Shown: positions 49,601-61,973 of the stretch, piece by piece
How positions within the stretch are numbered: position 1 is the first letter of the stretch
Layout: each line of letters starts with the position of its first letter
Assembly (NCBI GenBank): GCA_977016875.1
Contig: CDRNST010000226.1
Location: 682,001-746,000 of the forward strand
Reading direction: 5' to 3'
DNA length: 64,000 nt
Origin: Pavona decussata
Taxonomy: Eukaryota
The notes under the pieces: generated by a model
What the model was told of the DNA's origin: nothing
What the model saw: the letters and a program-made list of their open reading frames with translations, nothing else
The model's database searches: none
Made by a program: the position numbers and the translations under genes

Positions 49601-52600
49601 GGGTCTGATCCAACAAAATGAATGGTGAAATGTAAGGAGATTTGGAGAGAACCATACCTTAAAACCCTGTAAAATAATCCATGGTCCAACTCCCTGCCTT
49701 TGAAAGTTATCTGGGACTCTGTTGTTCATTGTATCATTAAATGTATTTGTGTTATTTTACATAATTTACAGTACATGGCAGTGTTTTTGTGACACTCTTT
49801 GGTGCCCTGTTTGTGTTACCAGCTTCTGAACAAAATGTATTGTTGGGTTTATAGGAAATTCAGGAGTTAAATGAGTTAATATCTGAGACAGGAGGAGAGC
49901 TTGGAAAAATTGCAGAAGAGGAAAAGTGGCAGGCAGTCAATGATATAAAAGAACTGGAGGTATATAGGGAACAGCCATTGATGGAATTAGGAAATGGCAT
50001 TTACTTGAATGATTTATAAGTGGATGCAAAAGAAATAGGGAGTTTGCAGACGTTGAGATTTGTGATGTGTGAACAGCGTCACAGCCAAGGCTTCGAGGCA
50101 GTAGTACTGGATTCTCCCAAGTGCACTCAGTGGATGTTTTTTATGATGTTATGTTGACTTAAGCTCATTTTCGCTTTGTTTTTGTCAAAATTGAAACAAT
50201 TTGCTCCTCTCAAACACATTGTTACCGCGCAAGCGGTCCGTTTAAAAGAAAATTTGGACCACTCTGGGAGCTGGTCCGAATGCTCCTTTTCAGCGCAGGC
50301 TAGTTCAGCTATAATTATAATAACATGATCTATTAATTGGTGAGTCACTGCTTTATTTGCAGGATAAGTTGCTGAGGTCTCTTGTTCCTCAGGATGATGA
50401 CGATGAAAATAGTGCTATTTTGGAGTTAAGAGCAGGTATGTACAGTATGAATCCACTTTCTGTACACTCAGTTGACATAACATTGTCAATAAAAGGTGTA
50501 CACCATAAACAAGAAGACCCAACAGGTTTCTGGGAAGCATTTGGTCTGTAAGCTTATTGGCATAATAAAAGGTTGTGCATTTTTAGTGCTGAAAATTTAC
50601 ATGTTTCTGGCAAAGAAAGAGACAACACGGAATAGGCGCAAGCTAATTAGATCACCCCGTACTTCCATCAGGTCACATCGTTTACAATTCACACTTTGCA
50701 CGGACAACGTTTCTTCCATCGAGTGCATACAGCTGTAAAATGAGGGAAAAACTAATTTTTCAAAACAATGCTTTTAAAAGGAATAATATGATTATACCAC
50801 TCTCAAAGACATCCTTGCTATTGTCAGTCATTTCACTACACCTGTAAGGTTAAGTAAAAAAAAAAAAAAAATTATAGTTACATTTTTGAAAGCATTCATT
50901 TGATGTGTATTTTTTATTGGTATCCAGGCACTGGTGGAAAAGAAGCCTCCCTCTTCACTAATGAAATGTTTCTCATGTATCAGAGGTAGGAGATGGACAA
51001 AGCTTGTCCAGAGTTTGCGAACAAATAGGCTAAGTCATCTAAGAAAGATTTCCATTTTCAAATTCCAAAGATCCAAACGTCCTTTGTGTGTGGACAGCCT
51101 GGACCTTAACCACAGGGGGCGTAATATTACGCTCGAGTGAACGTTCAATGCCGAAACCTTCAAATGGCTAAAATCGCCGTCTTCAACCTCAGGAACGACA
51201 ACACACAACATTTAAAGTAAAAATACGTTTATTTTGATGTTAAATGAGAATATCTATCGCAATCTAGTACGATAATACGAGGATTTTCGATATTCCCATA
51301 CATTGCCTCTATAAATTCAAAATACAAACGGTCACATAGTTTGTGTGGGCCCCCTGTGCCTTAACCTCAGCATTTTTATTTCAGGTTTGCAGCTTACAAG
51401 AAGTGGAAGTTTGAAGTTTTGAATATAAGCAAAAGTGATCAAGGTGGAATGAAGGTAGACTTCCATGTTACAGTTGAAAAACGTGGAAATAATTTTTCTG
51501 TGTAGAACAAAACAGGATTAGATTATGGCCTATTTTAGCTTTTAAACTTCTCGGGTGCCGCCATTTTAGACCCTTTGCATAAACGGCGCCTAAATTTGAA
51601 TAACAACACTTAATACATCCTAAGCCTCATATTCATGTGAAAAATCCTTTGTCTGGAAACATAAACACGAGGCTTAGGATGTATCAAGTATTGTTATTTG
51701 AATTTGGGTGCCATTTATACAAAGGGTCTATTGTTTCACACAAAAGAACTTGGTTCTGCTTCCTGATAGCGGCAACCTTATGACGTCATAAAATCCAAAA
51801 TGGCGCCGGCGGGAAATTTAAATGCGAAAATATGCGAGATCATACATAATTTTTAGCACACTTAAGTATGCTATTTCTACTTTTTAAAATAAAATTGAGA
51901 ATCAAGACAGTATTTCCAAGAATTTAACGTTCATTTGTTGTCAGAGTGGAGGTTTCCTTTAATTAATAAAAAAGCAACTGTAAAGAAGTCGACAGTTACG
52001 ACTTTTGTGAAACAGTCAGGAATGTTATAATTAACAATTAGATTATGAGCTCGAGATTTCTATCGCGTGATAGTTGATGAGGGCGAAGCCCGAATCAACT
52101 ATCACGCATAGAAATCGAGAGCGAATAATCTAATTGTTTTAGTATAAATCTACTAGTCGTTCAAAACTAAACAAGAAAATTATCTATTTCCTCATCGCAG
52201 ACACTTCGAAAACGCGACGAAGCGGCCGCCATTTTGTTGAAAACCGCTACTCACTATCTATCACAGAATAGATAGCGAGTAGCGTAGCCAATCAGAGAAC
52301 GGCATTCGTGATAGAACACTAGTAGATTTATACTAATGAAGAATAGAATATCTTGTTTACAAGACAGCTCAGTTGATTTTGTTTGTTGCTCTCATAGGAA
52401 GCGTCCGTGAGTATTGTTGGCAATGGTGTGTTCGGAATGATGAAGGTAAGTTAGCAATTATACTCATAATTTCTTTCAGAACAATACAGCGGTTTCCAAT
52501 CGAGTGTCGTAAAACCAAAACCAAAACCAAAGTAATTACTCTGGCCAATCGCAACAGATGTAAACAATACAACGAGCCAATCAAAATTCAAAGCAAATAC

Positions 52601-55600
52601 ATGTAACTGGCGCCAAGCGCAGGAAAACGCGTGCGGCCACAACACGATTGGTTTTGGTTTGGATTCCCATTGGTTGAGAAAGTGGCGCGAGTTTTGTTGA
52701 CCAATCACAGAGCGTAGTAATGCAAAACCAAAGCAAACGCGAAATTACTTTCGACACTCAATTGAAAACCGCTCTATACCAAATGTAGTAAAACAGAAGA
52801 CAGAGGAGTGGTGTTCAATAGCCTGCTAAGTCTAAACGATAACAGTATCGGACTCGTCTTTAGCTGAGTTGGACGAAAGGGCCGCACTCGTGAGCGTTGT
52901 TACATACCATTCTGGCCAATTAGCGTAGCCATTGTAAAATAAATTGCGAAAATGGTTAGGGAAGTTCAACCTCTCTTACCTGGTTTATCGTTATTTTTTT
53001 AGTTTGAAATTGGTGTTCACCGAGTACAAAGAGTTCCGCTGACGGAGACAATGGGCCGCATTCATACGAGTACAATGACTGTTGCAGTTTTGGCGCAGCC
53101 CGAGGAGGTGAGATAGCATAATGACACAAGAAAAATAACGCCCTATGGACTGCTGTTATTACAGACGACCTTCGGAGCCGCGCGTTTTTGCCCTCATCTT
53201 AGTCGACTTAGCTACTTCCTTTGCTACTTCCCTTTCTGTAGAGTCGTCCTCTACACTTTGGTTCTTTGGCTCGTCCGCGTCAGTGAAAACCCACCGCTCC
53301 ACTCGAATCTCTTTACGGTAGCCAAATTACCTTATCCGACTCTGTTGATAAAACAAAGCATTCGTTTCCACTTCCCACCCGATGCACCACCACAGTTTCT
53401 TGAGAAATTAGCTAGCAGTTTAGTTCCCTTTTTCTTGAATGCCCTGAAAAAGGGGAGCTCCTCCAAGGTTGACATTCAGACGGAGGTATTCACATTTGAA
53501 GGTTAAAAGGTTAGTGTGCACTTGGCGCCTGGGCACCAACCCAGAACTGTTGTTTCTTCAAACTTCTAGTCAGTATCCAATTTTGACCGTTGGTTCGCGT
53601 TGCAGTGGCGTGGACCTTGTTAGGACTTTTGATCTTTCGCATATTTCATGATAAATCCGAGGAATGTTTCTTTCAGGGTACAAAAAAGTATGTTATGTGC
53701 TATTTGTATCTTTGTGATGATGTGACTCCCCATGAAGAAATTGCAAAAGGACAGAACCGTTTGTAGACTGACACCAAAGAGCCTTGTTTAGATTGGTACC
53801 CGCCAGGCACCATGCCCACGGTACTTGAGCACCAAGCGTGAACGTGGCCTTAATATTCACCGTAGCAGACACGGGATACGAGGAAATACTGCATATATGT
53901 AGTAACCGGAGTATTTATCAGTAAATTTTCTGTAACTTTTGCCTGTCCCTGTGATCTTGATTGACAAGTTAGAATCAGGCGGCCATCACATCAGAAATCA
54001 AACCATTACTTTGTGCAGCAGGAATGTTGGGTTTAATCTGTGTCATCTTGATCATTATTTGTTTCTCTGTTGTTGATTTCAGGTGGATGTAGAGATTAAT
54101 CCAAATGATCTTAAAATCGACACGTTCAGATCCTCTGGGTAAGTTGTCGTTAAACCCCTTGAATGCCAATATCAAAATACAATTTCTCCCTTCTTATCCC
54201 CATACATTCATTATAGCTACAGTGGGGAGAGGTTATTGAAATGTTAAGAAGATTCATGTTGGGTGATCATATCCTTTATTCTCATTACTCCTCTGATTAA
54301 GCATTGATTTCAGTTACCAGGAGAAATTTAAGGCTGATCACTAATAGGCAATGTGATTTAGTCTTCAGACCAAGTTTTTGCTGCGGGCGTTTGACTTGTT
54401 TTCGAAAGTTTTTTTCTTCTTCTAGATTTGTCGAAATCCAAATTTGTGACTCGCAAGAAATCGGTCCATTCGTGGACCAAACAATCGCAAGATTTTTGCT
54501 AACTAACTGCACATGCACAAACTTAATTTCGGTTTGCACTCTCGGTTTCGCCGCAAAGATGAATAACATTTCAGAGTTTGGGTTGTCCGCCAACCTTCTC
54601 ACTTTCCTTTGCACACTAATCTAACAAAACGACTGATATACAACACACTTGGTGCTCTACAGTAGGCAAAATGACATTTTAACGCATACAGAACAAAATA
54701 AAATAGTCGCTCTATCGGCGCCTTGTTTGTTTTCTCACCTTTTATGCGCGCGTAACTTGACTATGAACGCCCGAGAAACTTGTACAGAATTTGCGTAAAG
54801 TATTTCATATGCGTTGTTGTCGTTTGAAGGATCATTTCCGAAGAGTAACCGAAAACTGCTTGCTACTAACGATCGTATCCGAATAGTGGCAGTTTCTACT
54901 TCCTCTTAATTGAAAATTCGCCGCTAAACAGCAAGACTAATTCATAAGCATGTTGTTTGTTTGTTTATTTGTTTTAGCGCTGGCGGTCAGTCCGTAAACA
55001 CGAATGACAGCGCTGTACGTATAACTCATCTGCCCACAGGATTAGCGGTTGCTTGTCAAGAAGAAAGGTCTCAAATTCAGGTAAAGTACTAAAGTGAATA
55101 CGGTTTTATTTTTTACCACGCATTTGTTAAGTCCGGCAGGCCTGAGGGAACTGGTCACTGTTGGAAATAGGGAGATGCCTCGGGGTTTGGACCAGAAAAG
55201 CTAACATTCTTTTTATATTTGGACAGTTTTCTCCACCTTCTTCTTTAATTTGCTCCAAGCATTATTGTGTAGCAAGGACTTCGGGGCAAACTGTACCATT
55301 TGCAACGTCTTACATGGTTAGTCGAGAGGACAAAAGAACGAACAACGGAACAATGCTCAAGACACTTATAAAACAGTGCAACTGCGGGTGAAGGTCTACT
55401 GGGGTCTTCCGTGCGGTCTAAAAACGAAAAAAAAAAACAGAAAACCCCACGGAAATGCTTGCTACGTAGGCTAATTTGTTCCTGACTGTCAGTATATATG
55501 AAGGTCTGGTCAGTTGGTTAATGCGGCATCCTTCTGTCGTTAAGTTGTCGTTTTAAACGATTATTTCCGAAGAGTATCCGAAGATTGTCCAGAATCAATT

Positions 55601-56823
55601 CTACCAGGAGCATAACATATGCTTTTGAGCTGAGGGATCTGACGCGTTCACTGAATTTAGGCACTGGTCGATTTAATCAGGTAGAAATGGTATAAATGTT
55701 GCGTTCAATAGCATTTGATAACATTCTCAATCGAGACAGCGATTACGAACTACCAGTGTCACAATAGGTCTCATATTTCGGTTACTGGGTGTTAGGCCTT
55801 ATGTTCTCGATTACATTGTTCTACTGAGGTTTCGGAATTAAACATAGTTGTACAATTATCCTCGCCGTTGTCTGTTCCCTGTAAGCGAACAGCGCGTGAA
55901 ATAACCAGCGGTCTTTTTGGACATTTTGTCACGTGACTCACCACCTCAAGTCACGTGACATAAATGAACATTTCACGTTCTTGAAAAAGATTACGAAAAG
56001 GACCGGAAGCTTGCAACGCTTTAAATTGTTTAGATCGTGAAAGCTAATTTGTTTTTCAAACATATGATAACCATTTTTTTATTTTTACAGAATAAAAGCA
56101 GGGCACTCCAGGTATTGCGAGCGCGGCTATACGATATTCAGCGGCAAAAAGTGGAGTCAGAGAGGACTGAAGCCCGGAGAAAACAGGTCAGCATTTTGAG
56201 AATTAAAAGGGCGGTTTTTGGGGGGACATATTCTGTGCATTCTGAAAAAAGAATACACTGAAAAATCTTTATTGTATCTGTTGCCCAGTAACCAAAAATA
56301 TCCAAATAACGAAAGTAAAAGAATCGAATTCTTATTATTGTTTTAAAAGAAAAACATATTTAATTTTTCGAGGTATTCTGATAGGACAGATTTTGGAATA
56401 TATTCAATATGTCACCCCCCCCAAAAATGTGCCATAGTAGTGTGTTTGATGTGGAACATGTTGTTAAAACAAGACTGGTTGCATGACGTGATCTTAAACT
56501 TGTGGGTTTTTTTTATGTCAGATTGGGGGTGGAGAGCGATCAGAGAAGATCAGAACCTACAATTTTTCACAGGTGGGTTTACTCTACATTTCTACTTTAT
56601 TATTATTATTTTTTTCTGTTAACAACTGTATTTACTGTCTTACTCCCTTAAGGGTCGAGTTACCGATCACAGGATAGGGATGACCGCGCATGGCCTAGAA
56701 CTGTTCCTTGAAGGAGAAGATAAGTTACATGAAATGATCCTGGCTTTGCAGTCTCAACATGAAGCTGAGGCTTTACAAGAACTGACAAGTCACTACACTG
56801 CCGGAGAAAAACACGCTAGATGA
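46620..56823 (+). CDS. MTRF1L: Mitochondrial peptide chain release factor 1 (mtRF1a), 14 exons, 409 aa
   Basis: Exons 46620-46704, 47708-47814, 48528-48629, 49855-49959, 50363-50435, 50928-50985, 51385-51454, 52398-52445, 53003-53107, 54083-54138, 54978-55080, 56091-56186, 56522-56572 and 56653-56823 join in frame. The basic, acid-free N-terminus [16 protein letters not shown] resembles a presequence. RF1 motifs are [22 protein letters not shown] (canonical PxT), catalytic GGQ ([11 protein letters not shown]) and [20 protein letters not shown]. Confidence 0.93.
48863..49167 (+). mobile_element. Decayed GA-mismatch hairpin plus body element
   Basis: Hairpin at 48863-48937 (GTGTTTTATCGG..AACCAC-GA...GA-GTGG..ATAAAACAC). 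It ends in GAATTATTAATGAGTTT, like the 32931 element. Confidence 0.55.
51567..51730. mobile_element. Palindromic MITE nested in an older inverted-repeat element
   Basis: TAGACCCTTTGCATAAA...TTTATACAAAGGGTCTA with arms of about 65 bp. Outer arms lie at about 51526-51566 and 51797-51835. Confidence 0.75.
52033..52336 (+). mobile_element. GA-mismatch hairpin plus IR-bounded body element (best-preserved copy)
   Basis: 106-nt hairpin at 52033-52138. Body bounded by TTAGTATAAATCTACTA (52139-52155) and TAGTAGATTTATACTAA (52320-52336). Confidence 0.8.
52485..52776 (-). mobile_element. About 290-bp MITE (TAGAGCGGTTTTC family), inverted copy
   Basis: Reverse-complement homolog of 27700-27989. Confidence 0.8.
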
Positions 56824-58861
56824 CAAAGGTTCTAGCTGAATTTTTTTTAAGATAAGAAACGTCGATACGAATTATTTAGCTGCTTGGATTGCAGTGGGTG
56901 TTTTCTGGAGCAGTAGGTCAAAGCTGGTGAATACAGCGAGGAATTGTTATGGATTGTGGGAGCGGAAGATTTGCAAGATGGACGAGTTTGTATGGTCTGC
57001 ATTTTTAACGAACCTCTATAACTTTTAACGGACCTTTTAAGTCCTCTCACTGCCAAGAGGACCTGAAATGCAAAATTGAGGAAACTTTTACATCGCATTT
57101 GTTGAAATTAATACCATGAAATTCCGAATATAAGCCCCATCCTTTAGGCAATAAATGTTTTTTGTCTTTCTCTCTGTTTAGCCAGTTGTATCAATGGGTA
57201 CCAGCGAATCTTGAGAGATACCTAGGGAAATGCTAGTAGAAGATGGTCATGGTTGGACTCCCGTGGGGAACTCGGATGTTTTCTTTCTCCCCATGCTCGT
57301 CACAAATTAGTCTTTGAGTCTAGTGCGCATGCGCTCTTCACTCTAGCCTGCAATGTGATCAGACAAAAGCGAAATTGCATATGACACCCAAAACGTTAAT
57401 GAAGACAATCAACGTTGAACTTTTGCGGTTCAGGGCCGAGACTCAGAACTTGCGAAATCATACACATGCTCCCGTGAAACATTAATCAGAATGCCAGTCC
57501 AATTGACTCCTAGAAAATTGATAAGACCAGCTAAAGGGAAACATTTAAGAAACCGTTAACCTTCTAGAGTACCTATTAATAAAATTCTCAAAGCATTCAA
57601 AAGGAGAAATTAGAGAGAAAAAGTGAAGATCATTTTGAGCAATTCTGTTCGTAGATCAGCTATTAAACATAAATAAATTGGTTACGAACTTCAAGGCATG
57701 AATGCACTAGACTCGTGTACCAGCGTAGGTAACTATTTTTAATTCAGAATTTATTTTGGGTGAACTGTGCTATTTTGATAACTCTAATGTATTGTAGTAA
57801 CCGTCTAGACATTTTGGAACTCTCAGATACATTCAGGCTGAAATGAAATGTGCTAATCTGTTCACACTGATAAGGGCTTTGCAAATTGCCTGTACTTTCT
57901 TCGTTTACAAACGATGTACGCTAAATTATATCACATTTTATTTTGATCTATCTTAAAGCACGGTAAGCATTTTTTGTTTTCGAATCCTGGCGTTTCATCT
58001 TTTTGTTTAAAATTTCACTGCAATGTAAATTATTTAAAACATGAGCGTTTGTTTTGAATTCCTCATATCTCGCAGTGTTGCATCAATTAACTGCAAAAGC
58101 CAAACTGATTTTTGGTCTAAGAGATTTAGCAGAATAAAATGGGTTTCTGGTATCGTATGCTATCGAAGTGAAACCTTTGTATTGCAGAATTTTTTCTTTC
58201 ACCTTTTCTACAGTCTGTCTTGACTGTCGTAATAATAGCTAATTCCCCTAAAGATTCGCAATCACCTGTTTCAATATAGATGGACGTAGCTGTCCAATTT
58301 ATTTCTGGTTCTTTTGTTTGAATAGTGTTAACGAGTCACATCTTTTCAGTCGAGTTATCGTTTCAGTATCAAATTTCTTTCCAAAGTCCTGGTAAATTAA
58401 AGATTAATCATTTTCATTTCTGACCAGTTATTTATCAGCAAATGTCGGCAAATTTCAAATAAGCGAAATTAACATTAAAACTGTAATATAGTTAAGGCTT
58501 TAATACTTCTTTGTAAATTAGTGTCGAAGATAAACGGAAAGATGTAAGAGAGATTTGCAGTATTAAGCAGCGGCAGATTTAGTTAAAAAAAAATGCGACA
58601 AATTTTTGCTCTGGGCTTTTGTCCCAACAATATTGTTTTTCATAACAAAACACCAGTTAAAAAATCGAATGGTTGGAATAACTCGAAGCAAACTAGAAGA
58701 TGATAGAAATTTATATTTTTGGCAGTTGCAATCTCCATACGAAGAATTTCAACTTTTAAAACCGAATGATACAATAAGCGCTTGAGGTGATAAACCACAG
58801 GCGAGCTGACTTTATTTTTTATTATTAATGTTCCAATTGTAGAAGCCAGGGAAATAACTCA

Positions 58862-58983
58862 TTCGGAGAACCTTGCAATAATTAATCATGTAGCTTCAAA
58901 ATACTAATCTGGTGCATGGCCAGCAGAATATTTCAACAATACGTCAGTTTCGGTTTCTGTCAGCGTTTGGCTCTTTCGTTTTC
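58862..58983. promoter_or_regulatory. GAS plus two ISRE/IRF-type motifs upstream of cGLR gene 1
   Basis: TTCGGAGAA (58862-58870, TTCN3GAA), CAGTTTCGGTTTC (58945-58957) and TTTCGTTTTC (58974-58983); the last two read GAAANNGAAA on the minus strand. This is a motif match only. Confidence 0.45.
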
Positions 58984-59540
58984 ATCATATTTTTCGTTTT
59001 GTGAAACCAAGCGAATTAGTAATTATCTTTTTTTGTAAGGGTTCTGCAATTACAGCATATGCAAATCTCTGCTGAGCTGCAGCGCTTTTGTGTATAGTGT
59101 TTGCACTCACCCAGAACCCGACTATTTTTAACCGCACGTTCTTCAAAGGATTACTGAATAGGGAGGAACGTGCGCTAAATCCATAACAAACCTCATATTC
59201 CAATAAGTGACATCTTCAAATGACTTCTTATCAACCTGCGTTGTCTCACAAATACCTTGAATTTGCATAAAGACGGACAGAGAAGCGAATTATTGGACGA
59301 ATTTACATCGAGCTACCGGAATCACGGTACTCAATATCGGATACAGACAAGACAATCATGAACCACATTTTGAAGTCTTAATCTGTTGGTGAAATGTTAA
59401 TGTAACGGAGGGCTTGATTCATTAACACAGGAACAAACATATCGTACGTTAAAAGATACTCAAATTGTACACCTTCACTGATCAAATCCGCTCAGCTTGT
59501 CTCAGAATTTTGAACATCAGAGGTAGTACTGAATCCATCG

Positions 59541-60647
59541 ATGGCGGAAATTAACGTAGCTCTAAATAATTTTCTCAAGGATCACGGCGAGAGCTTCATT
59601 CTTCACCGGCGAAAAAGACTAATGGATATCGAAAAGATAATCAATCCGATGTTAACGGAAGTGAGAAAAATGGATGAGAAATTTGACTTCGAAACTTTCA
59701 GTGCTAATGGTTTCTATAGCATAAAGTCGCCAAGCCACTACGAGATACTGTTGATTTTTCAAGGAATTGACCCGAAGGAAATTTCTATTGAGGACGGACA
59801 AACCCCACCGGGATTTGCACACGCTAAACTGACGGATAAAAAGATGATTTCGCGCTGGAAATTTTGCAGTGGAAACAGCAATCCCAGCAAAGTTTATATG
59901 TCGGTAAAGATTGTGAAGGAAAAGCTTTATGAGTATGTCAAACGGGTGTTGAATAGTGGCTCTTTTCTCGGAGGCCGAGATGGAAAATTTTGCATCGACC
60001 TGGCCGAAACTCGCCACGACGATGCGATTGTGCTATCGGTCAGCGGGCACGATGCGGAGTCGTACAGCCTCGATCTCATCCCAGCTATTCCTTGTCCTGG
60101 CCGCTGGGTGTTCTCTGCGCACGCTTGGGAGTCCAAGCAACCTGATTTGCCGAGCAAGAAATTGAAAGAGGATATAGTACGGAGTGGAATCCACCTCGTT
60201 GCCAGGCCATCGCCGAGCAAGTCATCTTATCAATGGCAAATCGACTTCCCTGTTCCCATGAGAAAGTTGCTTGAATTGGAATTGGGGTGCCGGACAAAAT
60301 GTCTTCTTATTCTTGAAATTATACTCGAAGACATGCAAGCGGGCAGACGTGGATGCGATCCGTTTCATCTAAAAACACTTCTAATGCGAGTGTCCGAGCA
60401 ATTTCCTGTCAAATCCTTTTGGACCGAAGACAAACTCTCCAAGCGTTTCATGGATGCCATGAAAGAACTCCAAAAATGTCTTTCTGAGAGACATCTTGGG
60501 CACATCTTTATCCCAAACGTAAATTTGCTTCGACATGTCGATAAACTGGCGTTAGAGAACTGCAAAGAAGGAATTCAGAAAGTTCTTGAAGACCCTGTGA
60601 AATTTTTGGCCGAATTTGAACTATTCAATTACTCTACCTCTTTGTAA
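59541..60647 (+). CDS. Mab-21/cGAS-like receptor family protein 1 (intronless CDS, 368 aa), degenerate active site
   Basis: One long ORF with Mab-21 fold motifs: IKSPSHYEILL, DGQTPPGFAHAKL, LDLIPAIPCPGRW, GIHLVAR, WQIDF, GCRTKCLLIL, FHLKTLL and CLSERHLGHIFIPNVNLL. Confidence 0.9.
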   Translation: MAEINVALNNFLKDHGESFILHRRKRLMDIEKIINPMLTEVRKMDEKFDFETFSANGFYSIKSPSHYEILLIFQGIDPKEISIEDGQTPPGFAHAKLTDKKMISRWKFCSGNSNPSKVYMSVKIVKEKLYEYVKRVLNSGSFLGGRDGKFCIDLAETRHDDAIVLSVSGHDAESYSLDLIPAIPCPGRWVFSAHAWESKQPDLPSKKLKEDIVRSGIHLVARPSPSKSSYQWQIDFPVPMRKLLELELGCRTKCLLILEIILEDMQAGRRGCDPFHLKTLLMRVSEQFPVKSFWTEDKLSKRFMDAMKELQKCLSERHLGHIFIPNVNLLRHVDKLALENCKEGIQKVLEDPVKFLAEFELFNYSTSL

Positions 60648-61973
60648 CTAATGAACAGACTGCTTGTTAAACACTACAGTATTGTGTGTGAGTGTGGAGG
60701 AGCTTCTGACAGCTGCCAGAAGAGTATTAAAGAGTAATTACTTGCCTCCTCTCTAGGTCTTTGGGTCAGGTGGTGACGTCATGGAAGATGCGTGCGCGAG
60801 GACTGGGAGAAAGCCAAACTGGACTTCTGTTATTAACACGAATATATAATAGTAACACCGTAAACCAATCAAAAACAGGTCAACCTTGTTAGTTTAGTGT
60901 CTCGTTCCTTTCATTTTATAGCGAACTTAATATTAGGTGACCTTTCATTTTTTTACAGAAAACAAGGATTTTCTGCAAGCTGGTAGTAAATTTCCAGCAC
61001 CTTCATTAACTAAATCAAAACTGAATCCGCTAGCAATGTAACAGACTCATATACGGCTGAACTGGAACTAGCTCGCACTGTCAGCTGGCTTAGGCGAAAG
61101 AAAAATTATTTATGAATATTGTTACTTCGTAATATCGCCTAGTTTGCTTCAGTCGTAAGCATACTATGAATTACATTAATTTTACAAAGCAGTTTGTTTT
61201 AAGGTTGTATTTAGCAACCTTGTTCGTTGACAGTTGAAACAATTGTTTACCATTTTTTCGATCTTAATGTGATCCTCTCTAATGGCTTCGTATGTCGCGA
61301 TTACGATCAATTTAGAACGATGGAATTTTATCACTAAAAGTAGAATTACTCAAATATCCACAACTTTTAGCCCATTATTATTTTCAGCGCGTTCATGTCA
61401 TTTTTATGACATCATTGGATACTGGTAAAAATTAAAATCACTATGGTTGTTTTAACGATATTTCGGCCATATTGGTCAAATTAAGTAATTACGGCTGCAA
61501 CATCTGTAAAATTTTTAAGACAAAACCCATGCAAGGCAATTGGGAACTGAAATTCAGTTAGTATGAACGAACAATAAAAAATAGAGCTATCAAAAATGAT
61601 GGCAATAAAATGATTTCAAACAAAAGGAATGGTTTTGTGTTTATTATCGCGTCTAACGACGATTAAACTTTAATAGTATGATAAATGTTTTATATTCTTG
61701 CTTAGTCTTTGTTCCACACCAATCAAATATTGAATATTCTATGCAAGTGATCAATTAACCAATAAAAAGTTGTCGTTTCTCGCAAGCTCATCGCAATTGA
61801 ATCCTAGTTACAACAACAATTTATCAAAATGATAAATTGTTGTTGGTTTGTGGTCGGTTCTTCCCTAAAACGTGTTGTTTTTCCCACGAAATCGTGTCGA
61901 ATTAGACGGATAATTCCTTCTATATCTTTTCACGATTCTCTTGTTATTCAAGATAGCACAATTCAGAGTGAAA

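Noticed and set aside
57240-57310. tRNA-like sequence
   Set aside because: There is only a B-box-like fragment with no cloverleaf. It is probably a SINE remnant, like the one near 28350-28410.
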